Source of the DNA: Balanoglossus misakiensis
Taxonomy: Eukaryota; Animalia; Hemichordata
Length of the DNA stretch: 64,000 nt
NCBI GenBank assembly: GCA_040954595.2
Contig: JBECUI020000038.1
Coordinates: 74,502-138,501 of the forward strand
Direction: 5' to 3'
The notes under the pieces are model-generated. The model did no database searches, was not told the origin of the DNA, and was given only the letters and a program-made list of their open reading frames with translations. Positions within the stretch are counted from its first letter, which is position 1; every line of letters begins with the position of its first letter. This document shows, piece by piece, positions 27,501-41,934 of the stretch. Position numbers and translations under genes: made by a program.

Positions 27501-28660
27501 ATTGCTCGCAAATTTTGCAGCAATTTAAACAAAACTTTAGTAACTCAGATCACCTATATGAAGCTCCATACTAAATTTCAAAGAGGTGGGCTGATTAATT
27601 CCAGAAAGGTAGTTTTTTTACAAAAATGTAGAAAAAGACAAACAAATGCGAAAAATAGAAAATTCAAAGTATTACCTCAAAACATACAGAATCATTATGA
27701 CCAGGGGTTGCTGAGTTTCTGAGTTTTGACCAAATTAAGGTTTTTCCCAGAAAATTTGCATATTTTTGGCAATGTCAACTTCGTTTGAACAAACTCCCAT
27801 CTACAACCCGGTATGCATCTACACACCAAATATCGAGGTTGTACGCGTAGCAGTCTTCAAGTTTTTGATGTGGATGGACATACTCCCATACATCCATACA
27901 GATGCAACGTACCGATCTCATAAGGTCCCACTGGAATATACCAATACAAATGTGACATAAACACTTGACTTGCGGGCGCTGTTACTCCTCAATGAAAGCA
28001 GATAACGCGACACAAACTGGTCATTTTTTTCAAACTTGTGCTATAAGTAATATGTGTGACCAACTCTATGACTTAATTTTTTGTTAATGACCTAATACCA
28101 AACAAATAGATATGATCTAATTTAAAAAAACTGTCCCAAAACTGCCAAACACAAAAATGCAAACATCACCAAAATTATACAATATCTTACTTCGATGAGA
28201 ACATGCTTACCAAAGTTCAAAGCAATCTGACAAGTGGTTTCAACAAGAAAATCACAAGTTACCTCAAGAACACAAATAAGCAAATTTCAACAAAATTTTC
28301 AAACAACTTACAATTGCTTAACCCTGAGAACATGCCTACCAATTCCCAAAGCAATCTGACAAGCACGAGGTTTCAGAGAAAACGATTTTTGACCAAAAAT
28401 TGCAAAATTTGGCTCATAATTACAAATGTGCAAACTTTGCAACAATTACACCTATAGGAAGATTTATACTAAATGTTAAAGAAATCAGCCAATTACTTTC
28501 ATAGAAAATATTTTACCATTGTGTTAAAAGACAAAACATTCATAAAAAGTAGACAATTCACGATGTTAGCGTAGAACTTATATAGCTCTATGATCTTGGC
28601 ATAAGAAACATGCATACCACTTTTCAAAGCAATCTGACCAGTAGTTCCCAGCTAACAACT
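24560..28660. repeat. Scattered degenerate HINE/Pearl-like core repeats (about 24.6-25.0, 27.2-27.96 and 28.1-28.65 kb)
   Basis: Recurrent aaatttcaaagcaatctgacaa, tttttgaccaaaaa and gaacatgcctacca motifs resemble the 146-bp HINE unit. A cata/gaca microsatellite lies near 27880-27900. Confidence 0.5.
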
Positions 28661-30713
28661 GAGAACAGAATAGCCAAAATCATCACCAGCGCCTAACACT
28701 ACATTTGATTTTAATCAGATGAAAAAGGGAAGTAAGCAGACCATTTGTTGGAGCGGCTGATCCTCACCTGAAATCAAAGAGACAGACAAAAGCACTCATT
28801 TTATCAGAATATTTATTTTATGTATGCAAAAATCCTAACATGATATCTCTGTCTACTTGTTTATCCTGATAGGAAAATTGTTAGAATAAAAATATCAAAG
28901 ATATTTCTTCCTAACGCTGCATACACTATGTACATACTCTAGCAGTCTTGAAAGTACACTGAAATGTTTGTCAAAAGCTCTTCTTAAAAACTGCATAACA
29001 TACCAAACTTTCAGTACAATATAAGCAATATCCGGAAAAAAATTAAACCAACTTAGCATCTTATGCAAAATGAAAGAAATTGAGGAATCGTGTCCCCCCT
29101 TCCCTTCAGCACTATACATGATTCTACAGCCTCAAGGTGTCATTCTTCACACAAACATAAAATGAATGGCTGAAATTCTAGAAATGTAGAAACAATGACA
29201 TGTGAATATTGTTATTAAAAATGTGATTTTAATCGTTTGGCAACTATGGTCACTTCCTAATAATTGACTATATTTCTTAACATGCATCTAATAGTTTGAT
29301 TCTACCATGCTTGTCACGGATTTTGCCGATCACCAAACACAAAACACAACAAAATGGTTTAACAGTTTCACAAGCCATATGCCTAAAACAGGGACATCAT
29401 CAGTTCATATGTATGGCCAGTCTGGCTACAGAGGTGAACTGACTATGTATATGCATGGGATTCTTTTATATCCCTTTGGTCACGTGACCAGTTTATATAT
29501 TTTCTGCTATTTCCCCAAGGGATTCATAGTCGATTCTATTTTCTTATCACCTGACGGATTCTGGCGAATCATGACACAGTGTTAGCATGAGGTATGTTAT
29601 AAATACAGATATTACATACATACCGGTATTCAAATGAACTAATGGTTCGGTCCAAATCCATTGTTTCTGTTGGAAAAGTTGGATGTCTACACAGGGAACT
29701 GGGGGTGAATGGTGAGAGTGCTAAGAAAAAAGGCTGATGGTAATTTTCCATTTTTATCTAACCTGTATACATGTGTGTGCTTAATCTTTCCCAATAATGC
29801 TGACACACAACAAGTTAATTGTTTTACAAAACTCTCCTTGAGAGTCAAATGAAGGCACCTGATATAAGCCCAAAGACTTCATTCTTTTCCACACACCACT
29901 TTTCTCTTTTCAAAGAGCTCCATTTCAAATTGTGTACACAAACAATGTCATTGTCACTGCCCAAGCCCAAACTTTCAAATTACAATGTGACATTTCAAAA
30001 CACTGTTAGACTTCCCAATGAAACATTAACTCTGGATCGGTATCCATTCAAATTAGTGACAGCCCCGGGGTTAGATTGTTGTTAATTTTGTTATAATGGT
30101 GATATTTAATTGTTTGGCTTTAACAAAAATTATTACATGGACGTATAAACGTGTTATGTCCACACATATGCTGTGAGTTCAGCTTCAATCCAATTTCATA
30201 ACAAATTATTCAACAACAAAAATAGAAAATGAACATCAAGAGCTAGTGACTTCGTGGCTTTCACATGATAAATATACATTGCCCCATGCTAGAGTGTAAT
30301 ATTAACATGTCTCATACAACCTACAATTCTCTGTATATAACCAAACACATTCATTATAGCTGCATTAGTTGGGTCACATAATCTGGAACCAGATAGGCTG
30401 ACCTGAGCAATCCATGTTTTTGCAAGTGTTGTATTGTCACTGTTATAGTGTGACTTCTTTGGTGTAATGCTGCAATGAACATGTGAGTTTCAATTGGATA
30501 GATAAATGACCAATAACACAAAGTCTGTGATTGGGTAATACAAATGATTGGTATACAACTGGAAGTTCTGACACTGAAAGAGCTGTCTATTGCTCTCTTC
30601 CCTGAGGGAGCGATATAGAGTAACTTTAGAGATACATTCTCCAATGATCAGGAGTTAATAAGGTATTAGTCTAGTATATAGCTGTATTTTATCTGCTTTG
30701 CTTTCAAAAAACT

Positions 30714-31001
30714 ATGCATGCCACTGGCCCAATAAAGCATGATACCCCTTGCAGGGAATCGTGATGTAATTAGCATTACTTTGAAGTCAATCACGGACTT
30801 TGTTTTTCCAATGATTGGTCAAAGGATACATATGTGTGATTAAGGATTGGTACCATTTTAAATTTAAATTAGCCTTGCCTTTACTATAACCTTACACACA
30901 ATCGCCATTGTTCAGTTTATGTCAGTGACTTTAAGGGGGATGGTAGTTACATCACAATTCCCAGCAAGAGCTATCAGGCTTTATTGGGCCAGTGGCATGC
31001 A
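30714..31001. mobile_element. MITE with ~60-bp terminal inverted repeats
   Basis: atgcatgccactggcccaataaagc... at the left end versus ...gctttattgggccagtggcatgcat at the right end. Confidence 0.75.
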
Positions 31002-31794
31002 TCACTCTTGATGTTAGTTTTGGAAGTGGAAAAAATATGGCTATATACTGTAAAACATGAAATTTTCGCAACGGGAAATTTTCATAATATCAAATGTGGC
31101 AACTGTTATGCAACGATTAATTTTCGCATTCTCGAATTTCAATTCATCATTATTTCTGAAAAACATGTTTACGCGACTTTTTAGTTTCGTGTTTTTTTAG
31201 CACTTGCATGATTCGGGCGAATTTATCTCTCATGAAAATTTCCCATTTTACATACATCCTAAGTATCATTTTTTCACACCAGAAGACAATGCACAGTTGC
31301 TTTGTGTATGGCATACTTTGTATTACAATAGACACTGACAACTAGTTACATCCTCCCAGCATACAAATATGGTTATATTGCAATAAGGCATTATGATGGA
31401 AACAATGTAAAGCTAATGCAAGAATTAGTACAGACCGAGTATATTATGTTACTACACTGGAATAACAATTTCGTGTTATTTGATCTGTTTAAATTTTTTT
31501 TTTTAAATCAAGGAACACTGAAGAATGAGTGGAGGTGATAGCTTTGGAATGGATATGTCTGTATACAGTAAATGAGAGTGATAAATATTCCAAATCCCCA
31601 ATACTTGACTGTCTGGAAAAAACCTTGAGAATTTTCTGACATTTCTTTGGGCATCTGGGTTTCATTTAGTATATAGAAGTTACAACGGTAATGAAGGCAT
31701 GAACAGTCTCCTGTTCATTATAGTCAGTTTCCTGTAAGAATTTATTGATTCGGAATATCAAAAAGACTCATGTCAACAGCCAGCAGATTACTAC

Positions 31795-31990
31795 ATGATT
31801 GTTGCAGTGTTTGTTGCATGCTGGGTGCCAAGTCCATCTGAGGTACCTGTGGTCGCGGCCGTGGCTGTTGTCCTAGTTACAGCTGTAGTTGTTGTTGTTG
31901 TGATAACTGTTGCTGTTGTTGTTGTTGTTGCCATGTTTGTTGTTGTGGTGGTGGAATGGTTGCTTTTGTTCCGCTGGCTTGTTGCTGCTG
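31795..31990 (-). pseudogene. MED25: Q/P-rich exon, probable MED25 C-terminal region, with an in-frame stop
   Basis: After an aactgcag acceptor: QQQQASGTKATIPPPQQQTWQQQ...LQL*LGQQPRPRPQVPQMDL. Phase 0, compatible with the upstream exon. The donor is uncertain. Confidence 0.5.
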
Positions 31991-33252
31991 CTGCAGTTAA
32001 ATACAAACAAAACAGTTTTCTTTTAAAGTCACTTCACAGCAAATGGCAATGTATCAGGAGACACTTCTTTTTAATTTTCTTTACATTTGTCAATCAGACT
32101 GAAATTTAGGGCGGCATATAGTTAGTTACTGTACAATGGGAAATTGATTTAGGCTGTGTCTAAAATTGATGGTTAGTTTCAAGACCCCTGTTGACCTAAT
32201 TAATTATGTACACTCCTAATTCTAGGCTAACCAATAGATCTAGAAGTTTAGATTTTGTAGGACATAGATCAGTTTAGGATCAAAACTTTTTGACAAAATT
32301 TTGGGTATCCACAGCAGATAATCCTTAGCATTCTGTAGGAACCCTGGGAATTGCTTGGGCCCAGTGAACACTGCTTTCAGCTTTAATTCACCATGTTCTC
32401 AGATGCAGACATTTTGAAGAGAATATGATTTAAATTCTAAGCAGACTTTTGTTAAAGTGTAATGTTCATCTAACACACATTTGCCAAAGCAGAGACTCTA
32501 GTTACAAAATTGTTATCTATGCCACAAGTGCTGTCTTAACAACAGACAAGGTGGCGGCAACCATAGTCTGTGTCATAGATTAGGAAAAGACAGCAAATTG
32601 AGTGAAAAGAAGAGACAAAACTAAATTCTTCTTATCTGGCATGCAAGAAATATAGAAGGAAGCGAAGGCAGTCCACTATATGAATGCACGCACATAAAAT
32701 TGTGCAGAATATTTGGATTGGACGTTATTTTGTACACACAAAATTAACGCATATGTGCATAAGAGTAAGATGATTGTCGTCATTTAAAACTGTCTGTCAG
32801 AGGTTATCATCAGTGCTTCCACACTGGTACCATGGAAAAACTAGAGGAATTGAAAATAAGAATGAGACAAGATTTGTTGTATTTCTTTGTCAGTAATTTA
32901 GGTCTGCTTTCCTTCCAGCTTTTCCCCCCACACTAAAACTGAACAGGTTGGACCAGTCACACCTCCCTTAATCCTATTGGTCCCAATGTTTATTTCATCA
33001 ATATATCTATGGCATGCTGACTTGGACAATAATTCTGACACAAAATTGATCATGAGTGTGAACTGATTGCATAAACATTTTTCGAAAGTACTTCCTGTAA
33101 AAAGGGAGGAGGCTCCACACACCAGACTATTTTTGTTTATGTACATGACTTACACATGCGGGGGTTGTCAACTTGATGAAATAGCCATTCTCTAGATTTC
33201 CTATTGTTATAAGAGTGTACATAAACATGAAAAGTAAAATCATGAATATTAA

Positions 33253-33307
33253 TAGATGTGGTGCGTATGGCCGATTTGAGGCAAATCAGCCATACCCACC
33301 ACGTCTA
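33253..33307. repeat. Short palindrome/hairpin (collapsed MITE ends)
   Basis: Arms tagatgtggtgcgtatggccgatttg and caaatcagccatacccaccacgtcta are 23/26 complementary around a 3-nt loop. Confidence 0.65.
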
Positions 33308-33555
33308 AATCTGTGTGGGGAAAAGTTGTCATGTTGGGCAAATAGTTCATTGAATTTATTCTGTGTGACTGTCAGGTCTTCAATACATTAAAATCATTTT
33401 GGGAATGGCACAGACCATGTTATTTGTACCATCAAGAAAGCTCCTTTTTGAGAAAACTGATTTCATTTTTCCCCACATAACAATTCCCAGAAGTGCCACT
33501 GGTACCAGTCTTGGTTTTCAAAATATTCACTGTACACATTATTATGACAACTTAC

Positions 33556-33807
33556 TTGTAAGAGGTGTTTTAGTTGTTGATTTGTTGATTGTATATTGGA
33601 TGGCTGTGCTTGCACTGCTTGTTGTTGTTGTTGTTGTTACTGTTGGGCTCTCTCTTGTTGTAACCTTTGTAATTGCTGTTGTTGTTGATGTTGTTGTCTT
33701 AGAGCTATGAGTTGACTTTGTCTGGCATGTTGATCTTGCTGTTGTTTCAATTCAAGTTCTTTTTTCTGTGCCATCTCTAGATTCTTCTGCAGTGCTTGAA
33801 TATTCCT
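33556..33807 (-). pseudogene. MED25: Q-rich exon ending in LxxLL (MED25 NR-box-like), with an in-frame TAA
   Basis: ctttcag|...|gtaag, 252 nt, phase 0-0: RNIQALQKNLEMAQKKELELKQQQ...ERAQQ*QQQ...TNQQLKHLLQ. NQQLKHLL resembles the MED25 motif NPQLRSLL. Confidence 0.65.
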
Positions 33808-34919
33808 CTGAAAGATCAAACAAAGAAAAGTGTAAACATTCAAACATTGTCATCTGTGTCAATCTACCTACATGTAACATGACTACAGGAGCTTCAGCCA
33901 AGCCAAGCTTTTCACTTGGGAGATTATTGAAATCAATTTAAAACTCAGCAACTCCAACTTCGGGTTATTTTCTCAATACTTTTGTTTTGGCGGTCACCTT
34001 TCATTGAACAATGAATGGGCAAGTGCTCGCTCACTTCTTCACTGAATTTCACTGTTTGTTTATCTTATCATAAAAAAACTTGGGCATCGCAGTCCTTTGG
34101 ACAAAAATATTCATGTGTGGTGATTTAAAATCAATGTTGCAAGAAGAAGAATTAATCACAGGATTAACGGTTTCTGATTGAAAAATACTAAATGCTTAAT
34201 ATGCCATATGCCGTACACAGAGTGATCACATTAGTCAATAGGACAGCTGTTCCAAAGGACTAAAATGATGGCAACGTTTTAATATTATATTTATTTTACA
34301 AAACCTTGCATCTGAGCTTTACTTTAAAGTACTTCCATTTACTAGTAGTACAAGTGCACATCAGTTAACATTGACAGCTAGGCATGACGTCATAGATGTA
34401 GGACTTCAAAATGGACATTCTGAACAGTGGGGGCGCTCTATCATGGTGGATTTTAATGAACATGTGTATTTAATTTCATCACTCACATTTGTCCATGGAA
34501 ACTGTATTTTAACATACACTTATAGTTAAGGCATTTGCAGTATCTAGTCATATTACAGTAATACACCAGACATGTTCTTAACTCAACTAAATGTGTGTAA
34601 GTTCAATTTCTGACCTCACTCAGATTACCCAAGTCCATGTGACAAACTCTACTGCAAGTATACAGACTTGAACTCCGGAAAAACTAGTCACCTACAATAC
34701 TTGAAATGGAGCCACATCCAAAACTTGACTTTGAGATCTTTTATCAAATCAGTTTTCCTTTTAGAATTAGAACTCCCATGCAATTTTTGTGACAGAGGAA
34801 ATAAATAGATTCTCAGAAAAAAACAGTTTCCTCTTTAAAGATCCAACCTTACCATAGAAAATAAAAGGTTTAGACTGAACCATAGTGGTGAAAGGGTTAA
34901 GCCAGAGCATGTATCAAAA

Positions 34920-35094
34920 TACAGTAAAACCTGTCTCAACCGAACCCTGTCTAATCTGGAAACCTGTCTATTTCAAAGACATTGTTCAAACCTTTTGACA
35001 TAGAACCACATGTTGAAAGAACCTCTTTAAATTGTACACCTGCAATCTGAACAATTTCTTCAGTCCCTTTGGTGTTAGACAGGTTTGACTGTAC
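34920..35094. mobile_element. Tc1/mariner-type MITE (TA-CAGT...ACTG-TA)
   Basis: tacagtaaaacctgtct...agacaggtttgactgta. Related copies at ~35549-35736, 51847-52183 and 54541-55071. Confidence 0.7.
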
Positions 35095-35875
35095 TTGAAA
35101 GTGCAATTGAACAAAAATGCTAAAAAATATAATTGCAGAGAGTCAGTATTTTAGGCTGGGCATCATCTACATAGTTCCCAGAGTCAATACTGTCACAGTA
35201 GTCCATTTCTCTATGTACCAAATTTTAATAAAACATTGCTATGCAGTCATGTTACCCTTCCAAGATGCAAACATGAGGCCAGTTGGTCACAAAGTAAAAA
35301 CTTGATTGTCTTGTGTATCAACACTATAGTTGGGACTTATGTTCGACAGCCACATTTTATTGTAAGGTCAGTTTTACACGCAACTTGTATCATGTATACA
35401 ACAAACTAGATGAGCTCGAGCAGTACTCTACTGACCGCCTTTTTCACATTGTCTGCATTGAGATGACACTTTATTTTGGAAGGCTGCCCTCTTTATGAAA
35501 AATGTCATGATTGTGTTACACGTAAAAAAGACAGAAATCAACACAACAGCAGTCAAACCTGCTCATTATGGCTAGTGAAGGGACTTTTCTAAACTGGCCT
35601 TTATAGATAAGTGGCCATTATACCTTGTAGAAAGTCAATTAATGTAGATGTAAATTGCACAGGGACTAGAATAAAGTGGCCACTATATAGAGGTGGCTGC
35701 CTAATAGAGGTGGCCACTCAAACAGGTTTGACTGTATGTTGATTTGTGTCATGAATAGCCGACATTTACCAATGACTGATTGTACAATATATGATTTCAG
35801 TGTCACATATACATGTATAAGACACTAAGTACAAACCCATACATCTTACTTTCTCTCTAAATTGTAGATACTCAC

Positions 35876-35985
35876 CAACGCATGTATGTTGAATCCTGGT
35901 CTGCAACCACACTGGTAACTGGTTGGTGTGTTGTAACATACTCGTTGGCATGGTGACCAACCAGCTTGATCGCACTCATTGTCAT
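35876..35985 (-). pseudogene. EGF-Ca exon 4 with an internal deletion
   Basis: ctgcag|...|gtgag: DDNECDQAGWSPCQRVCYNTPTSYQCGCRPGFN. Length is 110 nt, and the last Cys (acatgcgtt, TCV) is shifted out of frame. Confidence 0.85.
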
Positions 35986-37840
35986 CTGCAGGGAAAACAC
36001 AAATATCATAAAATGTATTAGAATGAATACATGTGAATTACAGTTGTCTTTGAGTGGACATTTGAAAATATACGACAAGAGAGCAAAATTGTGTGAAACT
36101 TAATAAATATCATCTGGCATACAACTTGGTCATATCATATGTTTATCTGTACCAGTACTGAATACTGATAAACAAACAATGTAGTAACCAAATAACATTT
36201 AACAAGGTAGTGTTTGAAAGCCAAAAATATCATGCATAAGACAACAAACTCATTGTTTTGGCTCCGAAGTGTAAACAGAGGAGTCTGTCAAGTTGGGTAT
36301 GAGCTACTACTTCCGTCTGTCAAACTACTTCCGTCCGTCAAGAATTCATACCATTTTCTAGTAGGGGTGTGTAGCTTTATGTTTTTGGCGGTGGTGTGTA
36401 GCTTTGAGGTGTTGAGGAAGAATTGGAACAGTGACAGAAATCGGAACGGATTAGCCAGCAGTGTTTTCACTACCCGCGAGAAAACAGTTGTGTTTGGCGA
36501 GACGATTTTCATACAAATTGGTCAAACTTGTGAAGAACTGCTATCTAACATCGTCATTTGTTTTGCCATGATCAACTTGCCACGATCAGTGCACTACAAT
36601 GCGTGAAATTGGACCGCTGTTCTGTTCATTGATCATCACCCCCCCCCCCTGTATCATGAACATTGTAAGGCAATACATTGAATTCAGCTCTTCCAGCTAG
36701 TGGCCGCACTCGCTTGATTTCCTGTGTGTGTCTCTGGGGACACAAATAATGCATATGCGTCTTTTTCTAATTTGCATATTTTGAATTGGTTAGGTGTGCC
36801 TTGACTTGAACGCGTCAAGCGTACAGGTTGTTATGGAAGTTTCTTTTTAGAACGACTAGTGTTAGTCTGTGGGCCCAACCAGCAAAAATAAGTTCTAGAA
36901 ATGTCATTATGTTGTATAAGAGTTTTGTTCTACATGAAATTAGCTGGAAATGACAGGTGGGAAACTATTGATGTGAAATCAGGTCACTTCTACCGAAAAT
37001 GATGGACCAGAGAGCAATGACTTTTTAAAATTATTTCATATACTATGTTCACAACTGCTATGCTCCCATAAACTGGGGAAACTAAATGATTGAACTTTCT
37101 GTTTGAACAATTCATGTATTTTTTTGCTAACACCTACACTACTATAGTCAGCACATGACATTACGTATATACTTGAAAATGGAGAACTTTTTATCAAAAC
37201 ACTTAAGCTGATCTTGAATGCTGTCTGATATTTTTTTTCAAAATATATTTCTTTCACGTTTAGACTAGTGCTTCTACTTGCACTGTTTTTTTTTTCAAAA
37301 CACATTTCTCATAGCTTGCACTGGTGCAATTTGATACGACAATACACAATGAATTCCATCAGTATAACATAAGATACAAAATCTGAGAGGGAAATGACAG
37401 AATATATTTGTGTGAGGCCATTTGTGTGTGCGGGCCATTTTAAGACTAAATTTAAAACAGTTATTAGAGCCATTGACAAGTGGTTTTTCCCTCTGCCAAG
37501 CACCCACCTTATCAAGCTTCATTCAATATTACATGAGCAAAACAGTTCAGCATTTCACCTTGGTGTTTGCAAATTGTTCCTTTCACCCATATACCAAACC
37601 ACTGTTCTCCAAACATGCTGCTCATCAGCCACTACACACTGAGAGAGCACCAGGTGTCCTTGACGCTATTTTTTTAAATTTCTAACTATGGAAAGTGCCT
37701 GATAACTTTTAATTATTTTCTGTTTTAACATGGTGACTGACTGTAAAGTCTGTCACTTACAACTTCTGTAAGCGCCCTTTTGAAGCAGGAAATGCAAATC
37801 CATTGTTGACCTATCCCCTCCCCACTCAAAAAAAACTTAC

Positions 37841-37960
37841 CTAAACAATTGACATGCTCTGCACTCAGAGAGAAACCATCATCACCACAACTACAGCTGA
37901 ATCCACCCTCTGCATTGAGAAAACCTCCAGCACAAACAGAATCTGAACACTCATTCACAT
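37841..37960 (-). pseudogene. EGF-Ca exon 3 (one Cys lost)
   Basis: ttttcag|...|gtaag, 120 nt, phase 1-1: DVNECSDSVCAGGFLNAEGGFSCSCGDDGFSLSAEHVNCL. Confidence 0.85.
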
Positions 37961-38277
37961 CTGAAAATAGAGAGAAAAAAACATCCGTTGTAATTATTCA
38001 AGTCAATACCAATCCTCCCTTCCTTTAAAAATTTCCATAAAGTGAACAAATTCACATGGCTTTGAAATTAGTATTAACAGTGATATTTATAATATTTCTA
38101 ACAGGCCTGACTTTTCTAAACTTTGAGTTTCTTTGTGGATTTGTAGAAATGATCTACAAACTGAGCTGTCAGGTCATAACTGTTTGTGCTTTGGCATGTA
38201 CACATATCCCAGTATGCCCTACATGGTTGGCAGTGAAATTGATAAAATCTTCACCTAAGATTTCAAACTCGTAGATC

Positions 38278-38684
38278 TTAATAGATTCTCACACTCCTGG
38301 CATGCTGAGAGTGTGGGATCAGAGTGTGAGAACAAATCAATCCCACACACTCACTGAATCGAAAGCTGTATATGACGCGAGCGCCGATTGGATGACAAAG
38401 CGTTTTTTAATAACGTGCGCTAAATGTTATCCAATGACACGATAAAGAAACTACATGCCAGATGACAATTCAAGAGTCATTTATTCAATGTTTTAAGACG
38501 AATTTAGCTAATTTGTGCCCGTGTGAGAAATATAATCTCATACACAAAGGACCTATGATCATATTTCCCACACTCGTCAGGGATATTTTGTCCCACACTC
38601 GCCTGCGGCTTGTGTGGGACATAAAATCCCCAACTCATGTCAGAATTATGACCCCTAGTCCTTGGGAGTGTGAGATTCTATTAA
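38278..38684. mobile_element. Non-autonomous TIR element (~21-bp TIRs)
   Basis: ttaatagattctcacactcc at the left end versus ggagtgtgagattctattaa at the right end. Confidence 0.7.
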
Positions 38685-39689
38685 TCTCACAACCTTAGGA
38701 CCTGGGATAAGATTTCTCAGATGAGTTGGTGATATTTTGGCTTGTGTTAGTCAACATATACCTGATAAGTGTAAAAAATTGCGTCAAGGACACAGTGGTC
38801 CCATTCAGTCTACACGGAGTACATATACACAGTCAGATCGCACGGTGCTCATTTGCATATGAAAGTTCATCAAGCGAGCGACCGTTAACTTTCAAACAGA
38901 CGGCAATAGGCCAGTTTTCAAGGTGATTTTCAACTTGATTTTTACGCTCTGTTGTGCAATAAAATACCATGTTAGCTGGATAAATTACGAAAGTGATTCC
39001 CATTTTTCACTGCATACGTAAATTTTATGAAAATCTGTGGTAATAGTAAAAGTTTTTAACGTGTTTTCGGTGGTATGTTGGTGACCCCGAAAGAGACGTC
39101 CACAAACGTGTCAAAAATCATTTGAAAACGACCTCAGAAAGTAACCAAACTTTCCTGATAGAGAGGTCTAATATCGGTCCCAACATCCGTGAAAAGAAAT
39201 TAATTTGAAATGCTTGCGTAACAGGAAGTGTTGCATTGATCGTGAAACGATAAGTTTACCATGGGGAAACAGTCTTTGAAAGGCAATTCTTAAGTAAAAC
39301 AGTTACTGGATAATGGATAACACCCTAAGGTAACATATTAGCCAAGTTTTAACTTAATTACTGGCCTGATTTCGACACAACATCGATCAATCGCCTACAA
39401 ATGTAGGTCCCATATGGACAGAATGCCAGGTTTACCATACATGACTACGTACGTGTGAGGAGCACAGCTGGTGTATTTTTTTTTCTCCGTATCATGGCCT
39501 GGGATATAAGTAGATGTTTCGAATATGCAAAATGCCAACTGTAACTTCGAAACCATTTCCCTTTATTCGCTGATGATATGTGCAATAAATATTTGTGTCT
39601 GAAGGCAAGCAATTTTGTTTTGACTTTTGTTGTCATCATTGCATTGGGCTGAACATGACAGAGTTTGAGCTGATCAGCTGACTTCAAGT

Positions 39690-40375
39690 TTCGATTTGGA
39701 ACATATAATTTTGATCAGACAGATATGATGGTCCAAGTCTATGAATGAATTCAAAAATAAGAAATAACATCTTGAAAACAATACGATCAGACACAGGTAA
39801 CCAATGCAACTGAAATTGCATTGATGTAAAAGGTGATTTTGGAACTAGCAGCAATATTTTGAACTTGAATACGACTGATCTCGTACTTAGGGAGCCCAAA
39901 TAAAAGTGAATTACACAAATCTATTCGAAATGCAACAAAAGCAGGAACTTTATTGCTCTGTGGCGGCTTGAGATAAATATTTACAGACAAGTGCAATATG
40001 CTGCAAATGAAAAGCGACTGAATGGCAGATCTGTGCAATCATTGTCAGACAATGAACAGGTTTCAGAGCATCACATGAATTTCTGTAATCCCTCTGGCAG
40101 ATAGATTACCCGAAGTAGCAGAAAAAATAACAAATTCAGTCTTATCGTTATTTAAACACAAGACATTTTCAGACATCCAGTACCGCATAAAGCATTCTGG
40201 GAGCATTCTCGTTGGTAAAAGACAATGAAGAGCCATCTGCATAAAAGCTATATACAGGCATCCATGACTAGAAACTAATTTCCCTAATGGAGAAGTGTAC
40301 ATATTAAAAAGTAGAGGACAAAGAAGTGATCGTTGTGTTACCGCAGTGTCAAGCGGATAAAATGGTGATTGTTTG
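39690..40375 (-). mobile_element. Degenerate L2/CR1-group LINE reverse transcriptase fragment
   Basis: LFNMYTSPLG, LNNDKTEF, RIDLCNSLLFGLP and LHWLPVSDRIVFK appear across shifting frames. Confidence 0.75.
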
Positions 40376-41934
40376 GAACACGGTTATAGTAACCATGTCT
40401 GAAATTAACACATACACACTGGGTGCGATTGAAAAGGTATGACTGAAACCACAACAGGGCTGCAACCCCCAAAAGACCAAATCAATTTCTTTGATGATTC
40501 ATTAAATGTCATCACAGTCACCATCATTGGAATCACAATCACCATTCTTTGAATAATCAGTTTGTTTTTCTTCCGTCCAGTTATATTCATCAGTCAGTTC
40601 GTCAAAGTCAGAATCAGTCTCGTAAATATTTCCCTCTTCTTCTCTTAAAATGTCAAATTCATGTGACTCCTGTAAAATTGCATCAATGCTATTTTCCATA
40701 TTATGATGTTCAGTATCAGTGATTGGTGATGGTGATTCTAATAGTGGTGACTTATCTGTATATTTTGGGCATACCCCATACTTTTTCGATGTGGTACAGA
40801 ATCCAGGATTCCCATTATGTGGATTACTGCAGTCATTACATCGACACGCAGGGCCACAACCATTGTGGGTCTTATAACATTTACAACATCTGCTATTACA
40901 AGTTGGCATCTTTTTGCAGCCACACCCTTTTGTTAGCAACTCCAAATTATTTTTCACTTTTTCTAAATTGGCATCACTGTCCTAAATAATATCAAGTTCG
41001 CCGTTGCTTAGTCTGTATCCATAATTATTGAATAAGGGAAACGTAACATGGCACTGATCGGCCTGGGACCATAACTGAGAGACCCAGCATGATCTTTTCC
41101 AGTGCAGTTGTAGGGCTTCAAAGGAAGGGATACATTCTTCCTCATACTGGATACGTGGGCAAATTGTTTCTCGTATATATGTAAGCCATTTGATGTGGTT
41201 ATCTTTAAGACTGTTAGTGACACTGGCTACTTGTCGATAAAGTTCAAAAGGATGAGATGCATCAAATGCTTGGAAATGTTTCTTAACATAAACACTACCT
41301 TTTAAACGTATGAAAGCGAAAATTCCATTCCCTACACTGTCTACTGTTGTGTCTATCAGTGTTCCAGGTATAAGGGTGCCACTAGTTATAAATTCAGAGT
41401 ATTGAAAAAATGTCTTGTAGAAAGATTTCCTTCCGATGCCTGCAAAGTATAGTCACAACCTGTGCATATGAACAGTGTTTGAAATATTTTGCCTAAATAT
41501 TGGAGGGGAATATGTTGCAAATCAGGGTCTAAATTTAAATCTGATTTGAATTGATTCATGTCTAAATAAGTGAGATTTGATAAATCATTATCAAGTTGTA
41601 CAAATATCTCCTTTTGAACATGTTGATATAGTACTGGGAGGAGAACATGATAAGTATCGGTATCAGGGGAGTAAATAACACCTTTCTTGTAAGAGGACTG
41701 AACTGCATGAAGGATGCATCTACTGTCAGCTTCTTCATGACAACTTTTGGCTTCCCACTCAGACACAATTCCATTACTACCAACGAAAAGATTCTTGTCC
41801 CTATTTTCTCCATCAAAGCCACCTGCTGTAATGAGGACCTGATCACCTTGCAGAGCCGGCACAATTATTTTTAAAGATGTGGCTGACAAGAAGTTCACTA
41901 GTTTTCTCTTGTTTGGCTTACAATTGATGTATGT

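Noticed and set aside
28715-28767. Possible terminal exon EDQPLQQMVCLLPFFI* (minus strand)
   Set aside because: The acceptor is good, but the segment is short and has no similarity to the MED25 C-terminus that I can recognise.
31791-33710. Val-rich 'membrane' and Thr-rich 'mucin' ORFs
   Set aside because: They are antisense or alternative frames of the CAA-rich polyQ exons.
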